DNA of 64,000 bases from Chiloscyllium plagiosum (lineage: Eukaryota): positions 50,317,635 to 50,381,634 of the forward strand of contig NC_057728.1 in assembly GCF_004010195.1 (NCBI RefSeq), read 5' to 3'. Numbering within the stretch: position 1 is the stretch's first letter; each line of letters begins with the position of its first letter. The notes beneath the pieces are model-generated. The model saw only the letters and a program-made list of their open reading frames with translations, was not told the origin of the DNA and ran no database searches. This document shows positions 50,186 to 62,514 of the stretch, piece after piece. Made by a program: the position numbers and the translations under genes.

Positions 50186-50742
50186 CAAGACTGAGTTTTG
50201 TTGATTATTGAATGCTTAGAAAGTTGGGAGATGGGGCCAAAGGTGGATAAATGAAGTTAAAATACAGATTATTTCAATTTGATTGGACGGGAGAGCAAGT
50301 ACAAGAGGATTATGTACCCCCCTCCAACTCCCACCATCCCTGTGGATCCTAAAACTTTATTAAACAATTCATCACTCTAGACACACTGGCCAAATATTAA
50401 AACGCATCAGAACCTAAAGTCAGTGGCAAATGCAATCCTCAGCCATTAAGGTCGAATATGCCTTCCCCCACCTCCTCCCCTCTTCATGATCTGGAGCTGG
50501 AAACTATACCAACGAGAGGGTTTTGGGGGTGGAGGGTGGGTTGGGGCATGGGAAGGTATTGGTGCAGGTACATGCCCCATCCCCAGCCCCCACAAAGAAA
50601 AACCCAGGCTCTCAAAGCCATCTGTATACCAAGCTTTCTGAACAAAGCTAAAAATTCTAAGTATGATATCTGGGAATAAAATTTGAGAGGGAGTAATACT
50701 TGGAACAAATTGTTCATTTGTGCATGTCACTGTTTAATTCAC

Positions 50743-51235
50743 AGAATCGTAGAGTATCATCATGCAGAAGGAGGCTATTTGACCCACTGTGTCTGCACCA
50801 CTCTTTAAACGAGCGTAATAACTTACTGTCAATTCCCCCATTCTGTTTCACATTTTTTCTGTCCAAATAATCATCCAATACCCTCCTGAATGTTTGAACT
50901 GAACCTGCCTCCAACACATTTCCAGGCAATGCACTCCATACCTAAAGTATTCACTGTGTGAAAATGTTTTTCTCACATTCCATTTACTCCATTTGCAAAT
51001 CACTTTAAATCTGTGCCCTTTGCTTCTTGAGCAGGGGCTTTTTCTATACACCTCATGATTTTGAAAACCTCTGTCAGATCTCCTTTTGGCTTTCTTTTCT
51101 CCAAGGGGAACAGTCTCAACATCTTCAATCTATCCTCATATTGAAAGTTCCTCATTATTGGAACCATCCTTGTAACTCTCTCCAATGGGTTTGCATCCTT
51201 CCTATTACGTGGCCCTCAGAACTGTACACAATCAG
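50743..51235 (-). mobile_element. CR1 3' fragment
   Basis: YEDRLKMLRLFPLEKRKPKGDLTEVFKIMR. Confidence 0.85.
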
Positions 51236-52186
51236 TCTTAGTGTGCAATTAGGAGGTTTGCATTAAAGAAACATACAACCACAACATGGTGGCAGCAATG
51301 TTTGTTTGAAGATCAAAGGAAGAGCCTCAGAAAAGATTTTGTATGCTATAAAGGTTGTGTGCATATTGAAATCCCAAGAGGCAATCTGTCTCTCAGTGGC
51401 ATTGGCTGAAAAATCAGATTCGTGAGTTTGTGTTGAGCACAGGACAACAAAATGTAGTCATAGATTCAGATGCAGGAGGTTGTGAGCTTAAATCCAAACA
51501 AGCTGTAAATTTGAATTAAATCTATCTTGAGATTTGTGGACTGATAAATAAAATAACATCGACAGCTGTTTTCAGCTTGTCACAAAAATCTAACTCATTC
51601 ACCAACATTCATCATTACCCTTCCCTACTTGTTCAACATGTAACTGCAGGCACACACTCTGTGGTTCACTGCTGTTGACTATGTGTAGTTAGTTATATAG
51701 CAGTGGTGTATACAGTTCATTCAGAGTGACCCAGTTGCTGTGGCAACATACAATTTTCAATGCATGTTGTGGCCTGGAGCTATGAACCGTAATAGCAGAG
51801 GCTCCAATTTTCTTTCTATCATGCGGATGGCCAGATTCTCTCCCATCTTACTTGCTTCCATTGGCATTTATTCTAAGAATTTGCTGTTTCAACATATTTG
51901 GCAGTCTAATAAGGGCATCAAATCCTTACAAGATAAGAGGAGGCTATTCAACCTATCAAATCCATGCTGGCTCACTGCAGAGCAATCCAGTCTATCCCAT
52001 TCCCTTGCTCTCTATCTGCAATCTTGTCTGCTTATTTTTTCAAGTGCCTATCCAATTTCCTTTTTAAAGCCATTGATAGTCCCATTCCCCATGTAGGCAG
52101 TGAGTCCTACTTGCTGTGGAGAAAGTTCTTCACATTCCCAAACCTGTATCATTTTCCCAAATTTTATACCCTAGTCCTTGGATCAT

Positions 52187-52826
52187 GATTCTGGATTAGT
52201 GGTGCTGGAAGAGCACAGCAGGTCAGGCAGCATCCGAGGAGCAGTAAAATCGACGTTTCGGGCAAAAGCCCTTCATCAGGAATAAAGGCAGAGAGCTGAA
52301 GTGTGGAGAGATAAGCTAGAGGAAGGTGGGGGTGGGGAGAAAGTAGCATAGAGTACAATTGGTGAGTGGGGGAGGGGATGAAGGTGATAGGTCAGGGAGG
52401 AGGGTGGAGTGGATAGGTGGAAAAGAAGATAGGCAGGTAGGACAAGTCGTGGGGACAGTGCTGAGCTGGAAGTTTGGAACTAGGGTGAGGTGGGAGAAGG
52501 GGAAATGAGGAAACTGTTGAAGTCCACATTGATGCCCTGGGGTTGAAGTGTTCCGAGGCAGAAGATGAGGCGTTCTTCCTCCAGGCGTCTGGTGGTGAGG
52601 GAGCGGCAGTGAAGGAGGCCCAGGACCTCCATATCCTCGACAGAGTGGGAGAGGGAGTTGAAATGTTGGGCCACAGGGCGGTGTGGTTGATTGGTGAGGG
52701 TGTCCCGGAGATGTTCCCAAAAGCGCTCTGCTAGGAGGCGTCCAGTCTCCCCAATGTAGAGGAGACCGCATCGGGAGCAACGGATACAATAAATGATCTT
52801 AGTGGATGTGCAGGTAAAACTTTGAT
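52187..52826 (-). mobile_element. 5'-truncated Penelope-like element: GIY-YIG domain and terminal repeat
   Basis: FTCTSTKIIYCIRCSRCGLLYIGETGRLLAERFWEHL...VAQHFNS...EEERLIFCLGTLQPQGIN, open frame. Confidence 0.92.
52247..52285 (-). ncRNA. Minimal type-I hammerhead ribozyme motif in Penelope terminus
   Basis: UUAUUC-CUGAUGA-A-GGGC UUUU GCCC-GAAA-CG-UC-GAUUU: core boxes, 4-bp helix II, palindromic ACGU helix III, GUC site. Confidence 0.65.
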
Positions 52827-52924
52827 GATGATCCCACCTTCTTTGTCTATCACACATCCTGGAATGAGCCTCAAATCCAGAACTTCTGCCTCAGAGACAG
52901 GGACACAACCCATTGCATATCTAG

Positions 52925-55156
52925 AAAGGATAGACCGAATCTAAAAGTTGAAGTTCTAAATTGGAGGAAGGGTAATTTTTGAAGATATAAGGCAAGAACT
53001 TTCAAAAGCTGATTGGGGGCAGATGTTCGCAGGTAAAGGGATGGCTGGTAAATGGGAAGCCTTCAGAAATGAGATAATAATAGTCCAGAGACAGTATATT
53101 CCTGTTAAGGTGAAAGGAAAGCCTGCTAGGTGTCGGGAATGCTGAATGAAATTGAAGTTTTGGTTAAGAGAAAGAGGGAAGCATATATCAGGTATAGACA
53201 GCAGAGATTGAATTAATCCGTAGAAGAGTATAAAGGCAGTAAAAGTATACTTAATAAGGAAATCAGGAGGGCAAAAAGGGGACATGAGGTAGCTTTGGCA
53301 AATAGAGTTAAGGAAATTTAAAGGGTTTTTATAAATACATTAAGGACAAAAGGATAACTAGGGAGAGAATAGGACCCCTCAAAGATCAGCAAGGCAACCC
53401 ATGTGTGGAGCTGCAAGAAATGGATGAGATACAAAACAAATATTTTGCATCAGTGTTTACTGTAAAAAAGGATATGGAAGATATAGAATGTGGGGAAATA
53501 GCTGGTGACATCTTTAAAAATGTCCATATTACAGAGGAGGAGGTGCTGGATGTCTTGAAATGCATAAAAGTGGATATATCCCCAGGGCCTGATCAGGTGT
53601 ACCCTAGAACTCTGTGAGAATCTAGGAAAGTGACTGCTGGATCCCTTGCTGAGATATTTGTATCATCGATAGTCAAGGTGAGGTGCCAAAAGACTGGAGG
53701 TTGGTTAACATGGTGCCACTATTTAAGAAAGGTGGTAAGGAAAAGGCATAGAACAATAGACCAGTGAGGCTGACATCCGTGGTGGGCAAGTTGTTGGTGG
53801 GACTCCTGAGGGACAGGATTTACATGTATTTGGAACAGCAAGGACTGATTAGGGATAGTCAATATAGCTATGTATGTAGGAAATCATGTCTCAGGAACTT
53901 GTTTGAGTTTTTTGAAGATGTAACAAAGAGGATTGATGAGGGCAGAGCGGTAGATGTGATCTATATGGACTTCAGTAAGGCGTTCAACAAGGTTCCCCAT
54001 GGGAGGCTGGTTAGCAAGGTTAGATGTTATGGAATACAGGATGAACTAGCCATTTGGATACAGAACTGGCTCAAAGGTAGAAGACAGAGGGTAATGGTGG
54101 AGGGTTGCTTTTCAGACTGGAGGCCTGTGACCAGTGGAGTGCCACAAGGATCAGTGCTGGATCCACTACATTTTGTCATTTACATAAATGATTTGGATGT
54201 GAACATAGGAGGTATAATTAGTAAGTTTACAGATGACACCAAAATTGGAGGTGTAGTGGACAGCGAACAAGGTTACGTCAGAGTACAATAAGATCTTGAT
54301 CAGATGGGCCAATGGGCTGAGGAGTGGTCGGTGGAGTTTAATTCAGATAAATGTGAGGTGCTGCATTTTGGAAAAGCAAATCATAGCAGGACTTATACAC
54401 TTAATGGTAAGGTCCTAGGGAGTGTTGCTGAACAAAGAGACCTTAGAGTGCAGGTTCATAGCTCCTTGAAAGTGGAGTTGCAGGTAGATAGGATAGTGAA
54501 GAAGGTGTTTGGTATGCTTTCTTTTATTGGTCAGAGTATTGAGTACAGGAGTTGAGAGGTCATGTTGTGGCTGTACAGGACATTGGTTAGGCCACTTCTG
54601 GAATATTGCATGCAATTCTGGTCTTCCTACCAGAAAGATGTTGTGAAACTTGAAAGGGTTCAGAAAAGATTTACAAGGATGTTGCCAGGGTTGGATAATT
54701 TGAACTATAGGGACAGGCTGAATAGGCTGGAGCTGTTTTCCCTGGAGCGCAGAGGCTGAGGGGTGACCTTATAGAGATTTATAAAATTATGAGGGGCGTG
54801 GATATGATAAATAAACAAAGTCTATTTCCTGGGGTGGGGGAGTCCAGAACCAAGGGGCATAGGTTTAGGGTGAGGGGGGAAAAATATAAAAGGGACCTAA
54901 AGGGTAACTTTTTCATGCAGTGGGTGGTGTTTACATGGAATGAGCTGCCTGGTACAGTGATTGAGGCTGGTACAATTACAGCATTTAAACGGCAACTGGA
55001 TGGGTATAAGAATAGGAAGAGTTTGGAGGGATATGGGCCAAGAGCTGGCAAATGGGACTAGATTAGGTTAGGATATCTGGTTGGCATGGACAAATTGGAC
55101 CAAAGCGTCTGATTCTCTGCTATACATCTCTATCACTCTATCACTCTATAACTCTT
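52925..55156 (+). mobile_element. Long 5'-truncated CR1 LINE, ORF2 RT region disrupted by stops
   Basis: SPGPDQVYPRTL; DVIYMDFSKAFNKVPH; SGVPQGSVL; YINDL; KFTDDTKIGG; 3' UTR. Confidence 0.95.
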
Positions 55157-55272
55157 AGTTTGGAGGGATATGGGCCAAGAGCTGGCAAATGGGACTAGAT
55201 TAGGTTAGGATATCTGGTTGGCGTCTGATTCTCTGCTATACATCTCTATCACTCTATCACTCTATAACTCTT
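55157..55272 (+). repeat. Tandem duplicate of the CR1 3' end with a 21-nt deletion
   Basis: Repeats 55020-55156 without atggacaaattggaccaaagc. Confidence 0.9.
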
Positions 55273-55447
55273 CATTTATTTTATAGAGTCCCCCTACCAC
55301 AAGAATAAAGTTTTCAGGTAATTTGCCACAGTCCAAAAAGCACCATCGGCTTAGAGCTAAATTGGTTGCGTTTAGCTTGAAGGACCACTCCACAAGCATG
55401 TGTCAAGATGAGGGCGCAGTATCTTCATGAAGACCTACTACCCACTA

Positions 55448-55725
55448 ATACGGTGGCTCAGTGGTTAGCACTAGTGCCTCACAGCACTAGGGTACCAGGC
55501 TTGATTCCAGCCTTGGGTGACAGTGTGGAGTTTGTACATTCTCCCCGTGTCTGTGTGGGTTTCCTCCACATTCCAAAGATGTGCAGGCCAGGTAAATTGG
55601 CCATGCTAAATTGTCCATAGTTGTTAGGTGCATTCGTCAGGGGGGGGTGGGTTACTCTTCAGAGGGTCAATGTGGACTTTTTGGGCCAAAGGACCTGTTT
55701 CCACACTGTAGGTAATCTAATCTAA
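55448..55725 (+). mobile_element. HE1-like V-SINE
   Basis: Head, V-domain, (AATCT)n tail. Confidence 0.88.
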
Positions 55726-55727
55726 AG

Positions 55728-56200
55728 GAGCAGGAGGAAACTCATCACGATCATGGCTGATTGTTCAACGCAATAGCCTAATCCCCTTAACCTTTGATCC
55801 CATTCACCCCAAGTGCTATATCTAGCTGCCCCTTGAATACATTCAATGTTTTGGCATCAACTATTTGCTGTAGTAATGAATTCCGACAGGCCCACCACTC
55901 TTTGGGTGAAGAAATATCCACTCATCTCCGTCCACCCCAAACCCTCAGACTGCGACCCCTGGTTCTGGATGCTCCCACCACCGGGAACATCCTCCCTACA
56001 TCTATCCTGTTTAGTCCTGTTAGAATTTTTTAAGTCGCTATAAGATTCCCCCCTCACTCATCTGAATTCCAGCAAAAACAAGCCTAACCTCCTCAATCTC
56101 TCCTAATATGTCAGTCTCACCTGGTAAACCTTCATTACGCTCCGCCAAGAGCAAAAGAATCCTTCCTCAGAAAAGGAGACTAAAACTGCACACAATATTT
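55728..56200 (-). mobile_element. CR1 3' fragment
   Basis: GYFFTQRVVGL; reverse of RMSEGESYSDLK. Confidence 0.8.
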
Positions 56201-57014
56201 GATCGTGCACTTATTGGCTTTATTCTACACCACACTCTCGACATCTAACCAACTGACCTGAACAACAGTATTTATTTACAATCAATACACTTTTTAACAT
56301 GCTCCACTAGAGGGAGCAGGAAGACCAGACATTTTAGGACAAGTTTATGTAAATCATTAAACTGCTTTCCAGTTCACTTAAGATTGTTCATAAATTATGA
56401 GCAATTTGCACGAATTATTTGATAGTAGATATTTTGCAACACGTTTTCCCCCAAAAGACACAAAATTGTAGGTTGCTATTTTTTAGGACGTTCAATTAAT
56501 GCAGGACTAAAACATCACAGGTAAATGTGAGATCACACATCGAGAGATTCTGTCAAATCCAGATCATTTACATTTTCAGAAGTTTCTATAAACATTTATT
56601 CAGGACAAAATTAATAGTCACTTAGTAAAATCAGATTTAATTAAATAAGTACAGAGTGCATTTATTTAAGGCAAATAGTTTAATCTAACTTGCTGGAGAA
56701 TGGTGAAAAGAAAACATTGTCATCTGGACAAACATAAAAATTCCAAATTTCAAACAGCCACAATAATTCGTACCGCAGGAGAAAAGGCTGCTATTTTAGT
56801 TTACAAGTTGATGCTGATTAGCCAAGGTTTTGCCATGAATAGAACATAACCTTCCTCAGCCCCTGGGTAATTTAAAAAATGTTCAAAGCTTGAACATGTT
56901 CCTTTTGCTTGCAGAGAACAGATCCCTATGTATAAGTGTATCTTACTGCTAGCAAATGTAAATGAATCATATTAAGAATTGAACGATTATCTGAAATTGA
57001 TTGTTATTATAACA

Positions 57015-58170
57015 CCATAAGACATCAGAGCAGAAATTAGGCCATTCAACCCATCATGTTTGCTCCTCCAATCAATCATGGTCGATGAGTTTCTCATTTC
57101 CATTTTCCAGCTTTTTTTCCTGTAACCCTTGATCCCCTTGATACTCAAGAACTTATCTATCTCAGTCTTAAATTTACTCAATGACTTGGCCTCCACAGCC
57201 TTCTGTGGCAATGAGTTCCATAGATTCACCACTCTCTGGCCGAAGAAGTTTCTCCTTATCTCAGTTCTAAAAGGTCTTTCCTTTACTCTAAGGTTGTGCC
57301 TTCAGGTCCTTGTCTCGCCTTCCAATGAAACCATCCTACCAATACCTACTCTATCCATGCCATTCAGTATTCCGTATGTTTCAATTAGATCCCCCCCTCA
57401 TCTTTCTAAACTCCATCAAGTATAAACCCAGAGTCCTCAAATATTCCTCGTATGTTAAGCTTTTCATTCCTGGGGCCATCCTATTGAAACTCTCCTGAAC
57501 ATGCTCCAGGGCCAATACGTCCTTCCTGAGATATGGAGCCCAAAACTGTACACCATGCTCCAAATATGGTCTGACCAGAGCCTTATAGAGCTGCAGAAGT
57601 ATATCCCTACTTTTATATTCAAGTACTCACAAAATAAATGCCATCATTGCATTTGCCTTCCTAATTACTAGCTCAACCTGGAAGTTTACCTTGAGAGAAT
57701 CCTGGACTAGAACCCCCAAGTCTCTTTGCACTTCAGACTTCTGAATTTTCTCCACACTTAGAAAATAATCCATTGCCTCTATTCTTCCTACCAAAGTTCA
57801 TTACCTCACATTTTCAGACATTATACACCATCTGCCACTTCTTTGCCCTCTCTCCTAACCTGTTCAAATCCTTCTGCAGCTTCCCACCTCCTCAATGCTA
57901 CATGTCCCTCTACCTATCTTTGTATCATCTGCAAACTTTGCCAGAATGCCCTCAGTTCATTCATCTAGATCATTAATGTATAAAGTGAAATGTTGTGGTT
58001 CCCAACACTGACCCTTGTGGAACATCATTAGTCACTGGCTCATACCCTGAGAAGGACTCTTATATCCCCACTCTCTGCTTTCTGCCAGACAGCCAAGCTT
58101 CCATCCATACTAGTATCTTGCCTCTAACACCATGGGCCCTTATCTTACTCAGTAGCCTCCTGTGTGCCAC
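57015..58170 (-). mobile_element. 5'-truncated CR1 LINE (another subfamily)
   Basis: GVQFWAPYLRKDVLALEHVQ; VNLWNSLPQKAVEAKSLSKFKTEIDKFL; reverse of KFADD near 57930. Confidence 0.92.
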
Positions 58171-58629
58171 ATGGGCTCCACCACAAGCTGCTGCATTGGT
58201 TCACTCAAGATAGTTCAACAAGTGCTGCCCAATTGAAGAATCACATTCAGTTTTACTTTGGGATTCTGAGTATGTCATGTATTCTGATTGCTACAGGCAA
58301 CCTGAGCAAACATGCTGTTTGAGTTAATCAACCAAATCTTTCGGATATATAGCCTCCATATCTGGCATCACACAGGCACAGAAACACAAACATAACTTTT
58401 CTCAATTGTGTGGGAGGCAAAATGGGTTTGTTTCTACCTGATAGCAGCATCCTGTTTATGGAAAATACCACTGCAATGGCACTGCAGCATAGTAGAATGA
58501 AACACTTTTCTGAGATACCTTGCCTTTCCAGGTTAATTTAAGGAAGAGCAGGCACTTTCTAGGCTCACTGATGAGTTCGCACAACATAGCAAACAAGGAT
58601 CTGATCAGGATTTGATTGAGGAGACTTTA

Positions 58630-59055
58630 GAACAGTGATAGTGTCAATAGACCACAGACTCAGGCTAAAGTTCTGAGGGCATTGGTTCACATACCACCAT
58701 TACAGGTGGTGAAATTTGAATTCAATAATAATCCAGCATTCAAGAAAAAAAATGCACCTGATGTCTGGGCCAGGAGGGGGCAGATGGGACTATTTAATTT
58801 GGGATTATATTCAGCATGGTTACACCAAAGGGTCGATTTCCATGCTGGAGGCACTATGTCAACTGTCACAAAAATCCATCTGGTTCATAAATGTCTTTTG
58901 TCACAAATTGGAGAAAATCTGCCATCCTTAGCTGGTCTGAACTGCATGTGACTCTAGCCCTACAGCAATATGGTTGTCTCTTAATTCTGTCTGGGTAATT
59001 AAGGATAGCAATAAAAGCTAGTCTAGTCAGTGACACCCACATCCCAAGGACAAAT
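58630..59055 (+). mobile_element. Second-family tRNA SINE, old
   Basis: ggtgaaatttgaattcaataa, aaatccatctggttca, aaatctgccatcctta, cccacatccc. Confidence 0.68.
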
Positions 59056-59145
59056 CAAATGGATCGCTACTTTCCAGCAGGATAATGTTGATGCCTCAGT
59101 TTCTCTGTCAAATTGCAAGGAGCAATGCAACCAATTTGTAATCTT

Positions 59146-59580
59146 CCTGATTCATAGTAATCACACTTCATAGTAATACAAATTTCAATATTCTCAATTC
59201 ACAGTAATCCAAATTTTCAATATTCTCAATTTGCAGCAATCCTCATTCACAGTGTTCACAATTCACAGCAATCCTCATTCACAGTGTTCACAATTCGCAG
59301 CAATCCTCATGCCTAGTGTTCACAATTCACAGAAATCCTCATTCACAGTGTTCACAATTCACAGTAATCCTGATGTATTGCTCCAGATTCACAGCAGTCA
59401 CAGTTCATTGTAAACCTGATTTGCAATGTTCTTGATTCACAAAGTTCTGGATTTGTGATATTCAAAATTTGTGGTGCATCTAATTAACAACATTCCTGAA
59501 CCAAATTACTTTTAGTTTGTAATATGCATGAATCACAGTATTCCTAATTCATTCTTAATTCTCCGTATTTCTGACTTACA
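59146..59580 (+). repeat. Degenerate 16-bp tandem repeat (ATTCACAGTAATCCTG-like) with 32-bp higher-order stretch
   Basis: attcacagcaatcctc / attcacagtgttcaca alternate at about 59230-59370. Confidence 0.8.
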
Positions 59581-60209
59581 ACTCAGGGACAATCCATCAT
59601 TTAACCACACCTAGATCACCGTCTTCTGTGGCCTCTCTTTCTAAACAGCATCTCTATAGCTTTTCAGCTCTAATCAAATGACTGAAGTACTGGAATTCTA
59701 TTTCCTAAATGTCATTTTCTAAGAGTTCTTCTTACTCTTGAAATTTCAAGCATCTCTTCATTTGCTTGTGGTCACTCCACATTTCAAAGACCTCTATTAT
59801 CTTCCACAGAGTTTCACTTATTACATCACTTGCATTTAATATTATTTCAACCTAGAAAGAGAAAAGTTTGTCAAGCATTTTATCATGAAGGAAATGCCAT
59901 TTTTAATCACCTGCTAAAAGACTTTGATGTCATGTTCAGTGCAGATTTGTGTTATGTTGTGCTTGAGCATGCAAACCCAGCTGCCCACTGCAGGACAGTG
60001 GTTGTGAATTCCATATCCCAAATCGTCCCTGCCCAACATTCCTCAAATACCAGGAAAGCAATTGGTCACATTTGAATAGCATTATACTTCTACAGCTGCG
60101 AAGATAATGTCCAAGAAAGAAAGTGTTGCTGACTGGCCCATTAAGTTTCCAAAATGTTGGGCAGGAAGCAAATGCTGCTCAACCACAGCAGCAAGAACTT
60201 CCACTGATA

Positions 60210-60572
60210 TTGCTTTCCATCCATTGACTCTGTCCATACTTCCAGAAGCCTCACAAAAGTAGCCAACATAATGAAAGACTCCTCCCATTCCTGGTATAGT
60301 CTCTGCCACTCTTTTCCATTCAGGCAGAAGGTCCAAGTTTAAAAACACATGCCAACAGATTCAAGAACAGCTTCTGTTATCAGAATTATGAATGAACCTC
60401 TCATATATTGAAGTTGATTTTTCTCCACACCTGCTCTACAGCTATAACTATATTCTGCAACTATCCTATTGTCCTGATCTACTTATGTAAAGTATGATTT
60501 GTCTGGATAGCACACAAAACAATACTTTTCACTGTATCTTAGCACATATAGCAATAATAAATCAAACCAATT
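60210..60572 (+). mobile_element. Rex1/Babar 3' fragment
   Basis: PSIDSVHTS..LTKVANIMKDSSH...PSGRR...HANRFKNSF plus 3' UTR. Confidence 0.78.
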
Positions 60573-60715
60573 CAAGTAAAGTGAAGAAAACCACCGCAAG
60601 GTTTTTCACAGTATAAGAAAACAGGCTGATAATGGCAAATCAAGTATCCAGCACCTACGGAATTCTGCAAATCATAAAAAAGGCAAATTAATTTGCAGCA
60701 AGTCGGGGATACGGT

Positions 60716-61036
60716 GGGCGGCACAGTGGCACAGTGGTTAGCACTGCTGCCTCGCAGCGCCAGAGACCCGGGTTCAATTCCTGCCTCAGGCGACTGACTG
60801 TGTGGAGTTTGCACGTTCTCCCCGTGTCTGCGTGGGTTTCCTCCGGGTGCTCCGGTTTCCTCCCACAGTCCAAAGATGTGCAGGTCAGGTGAATTGGCCA
60901 TGCTAAATTGCCCGTAGTGTTAGGTAAGGGGTAAATGTAGGGGTATGGGTGGGTTACGCTTCGGCGGGTCGGTGTGGACTTGTTGGGCCGAAGGGCCTGT
61001 TTCCACACTGTAAAGTAATCTAATCTAATCTAATCT
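60716..61036 (+). mobile_element. Young full-length HE1-like V-SINE with probable 8-bp TSD
   Basis: A box tggcacagtgg, B box ggttcaattcc, (AATCT)n tail, flanks gatacggt and gatactgt. Confidence 0.95.
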
Positions 61037-61039
61037 GAT

Positions 61040-61340
61040 ACTGTGAATTATGAAATCGCTGAATCAGGAATACTATGAGACAAAAATACTGTGAATCAAG
61101 AATAAAATGAATTAGGAACACTGGGAATTCACAGTGATTCAAGAGTCCTGTAAAACAGGGTTACTGTGAATGTGAATCAGGAATACGGTGAAACAGGAAT
61201 ACTGTGAATTGTGAATGCAGTGAATCAAGAATATTGTAAAACAGGAATACTGTAAATCATGAATGCAATGAATTAGGAAAACTGTGAATTAAAAATACAA
61301 ATGATTCACAGTATCCCAATTCACAATTTCCTAATTTGCA
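61040..61340 (-). repeat. Same 16-bp repeat in inverted orientation (GTGAATCAGGAATACT)
   Basis: gtgaatcaggaatacg gtgaaacaggaatact gtgaattgtgaatgca gtgaatcaagaatatt. Confidence 0.78.
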
Positions 61341-61756
61341 AGCCTTTGAATTATGGATGCTACAGACAGTAAGACAAATGAAGGGGTGCTTAAAATTGCA
61401 AAAGCAAAAAGTTCTCTTAAAAAGTGGCATCCACAACAGCAAATGTCAGCTTTTTTAAAAAAACAATTATCACTGCTATAAAGCTACAGAGATTTATAAA
61501 GCTGCAGAGATCTCTTCCAGACAACAAAATGGAGGGCAGCAGAGAAAGGGGTTGACGTAGGCATAGTTGGACCAAGAATATCACAGAGTGATCGCAGAGG
61601 AGCTACATCAGGTGTGTGAGGATGGGGGAGTGACAGAAGGAGAATGGCACCATGACAGGAGATATAATTGGATTTGCAGCAGTTCCAATCATTGCATTTT
61701 GGATTTAGTAATAAATGATTAAGGTTTCCCTGAATGGTCCATTTCTTCCCCTACCA

Positions 61757-61781
61757 CCCCCCCCCCCTCCCCCCCCCCCCC
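61757..61781. repeat. C11-T-C13 homopolymer tract
   Basis: Directly visible. Confidence 0.9.
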
Positions 61782-62514
61782 ACAGCTCCCCATCCTCCTG
61801 CACTCTCTGCTGTGTAATTAACCTTCCTTGAACTCGCAGTAACAACAACTCTTTGCTTGATAAGATTCAACATTCCTCAGGAAGCATTCAGTCTGACAAT
61901 TATGGCTTGCCATTGATGTTAGGGTGAACTCTCCCTGCTGGCCTCTAATTGCAGATGGTAAGCCTTAGATAGTCTGTAACAAACTAAATAACCAGTGAGA
62001 TAGAAACAGCAAGGCAAGTTCAACTGCTTCAATGATCTACTGAAGACTTAATGACACGGAGGCACTGATGATTCATTTCCTGTTACAGTGATATTCACTG
62101 AGTCATGTATCATTTAAACATTACCTGTCTGCCCACCCTTTCTTCATTATTATACAGCCCTTGGAAGCATGACAAATGAAACACCAGAGTCCCAAAACAA
62201 AGGAAGATGAAGTGAGGATCTGATAGCATTATAGCAAACCAGAACAATTTAAAAGTAGAGTTTAAATGTCCTATTGATTTCTAGTCTGCTGTGCTTATTG
62301 ATTTGAACAAAATGATTATTTAGTGAGCTGTTAAACTCTTTAGTAAAGCAATTATTTGGGGTCCAGTGGGTAACATTTCAGGCTGTGGCACCTAAATTCT
62401 GCTTAGAGGTTATATCTTCTCATTCCAAAAATCAGAAATTAAATGAGAAATGGTCAAAGTGATGTTAGAAGCTGTGACCTGGGGCCCATCACATGGCCCT
62501 GTGGGAAGTATAGC

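Noticed and set aside
52925..55156. Active LINE or functional RT gene
   Set aside because: Multiple stops and frameshifts; endonuclease and ORF1 missing
59830..60075. 81-aa plus-strand ORF
   Set aside because: Non-ATG start, no recognisable domain, no clear splice donor
60688..61008. Recurring ORF (SLDCGRKPEHPEETHADTGRTCKLHT) looking like a gene family
   Set aside because: Antisense translation of the V-SINE; recurs wherever the SINE does
61757..61781. G-quadruplex or regulatory role for the poly-C tract
   Set aside because: Simple homopolymer; length is error-prone and there is no functional context
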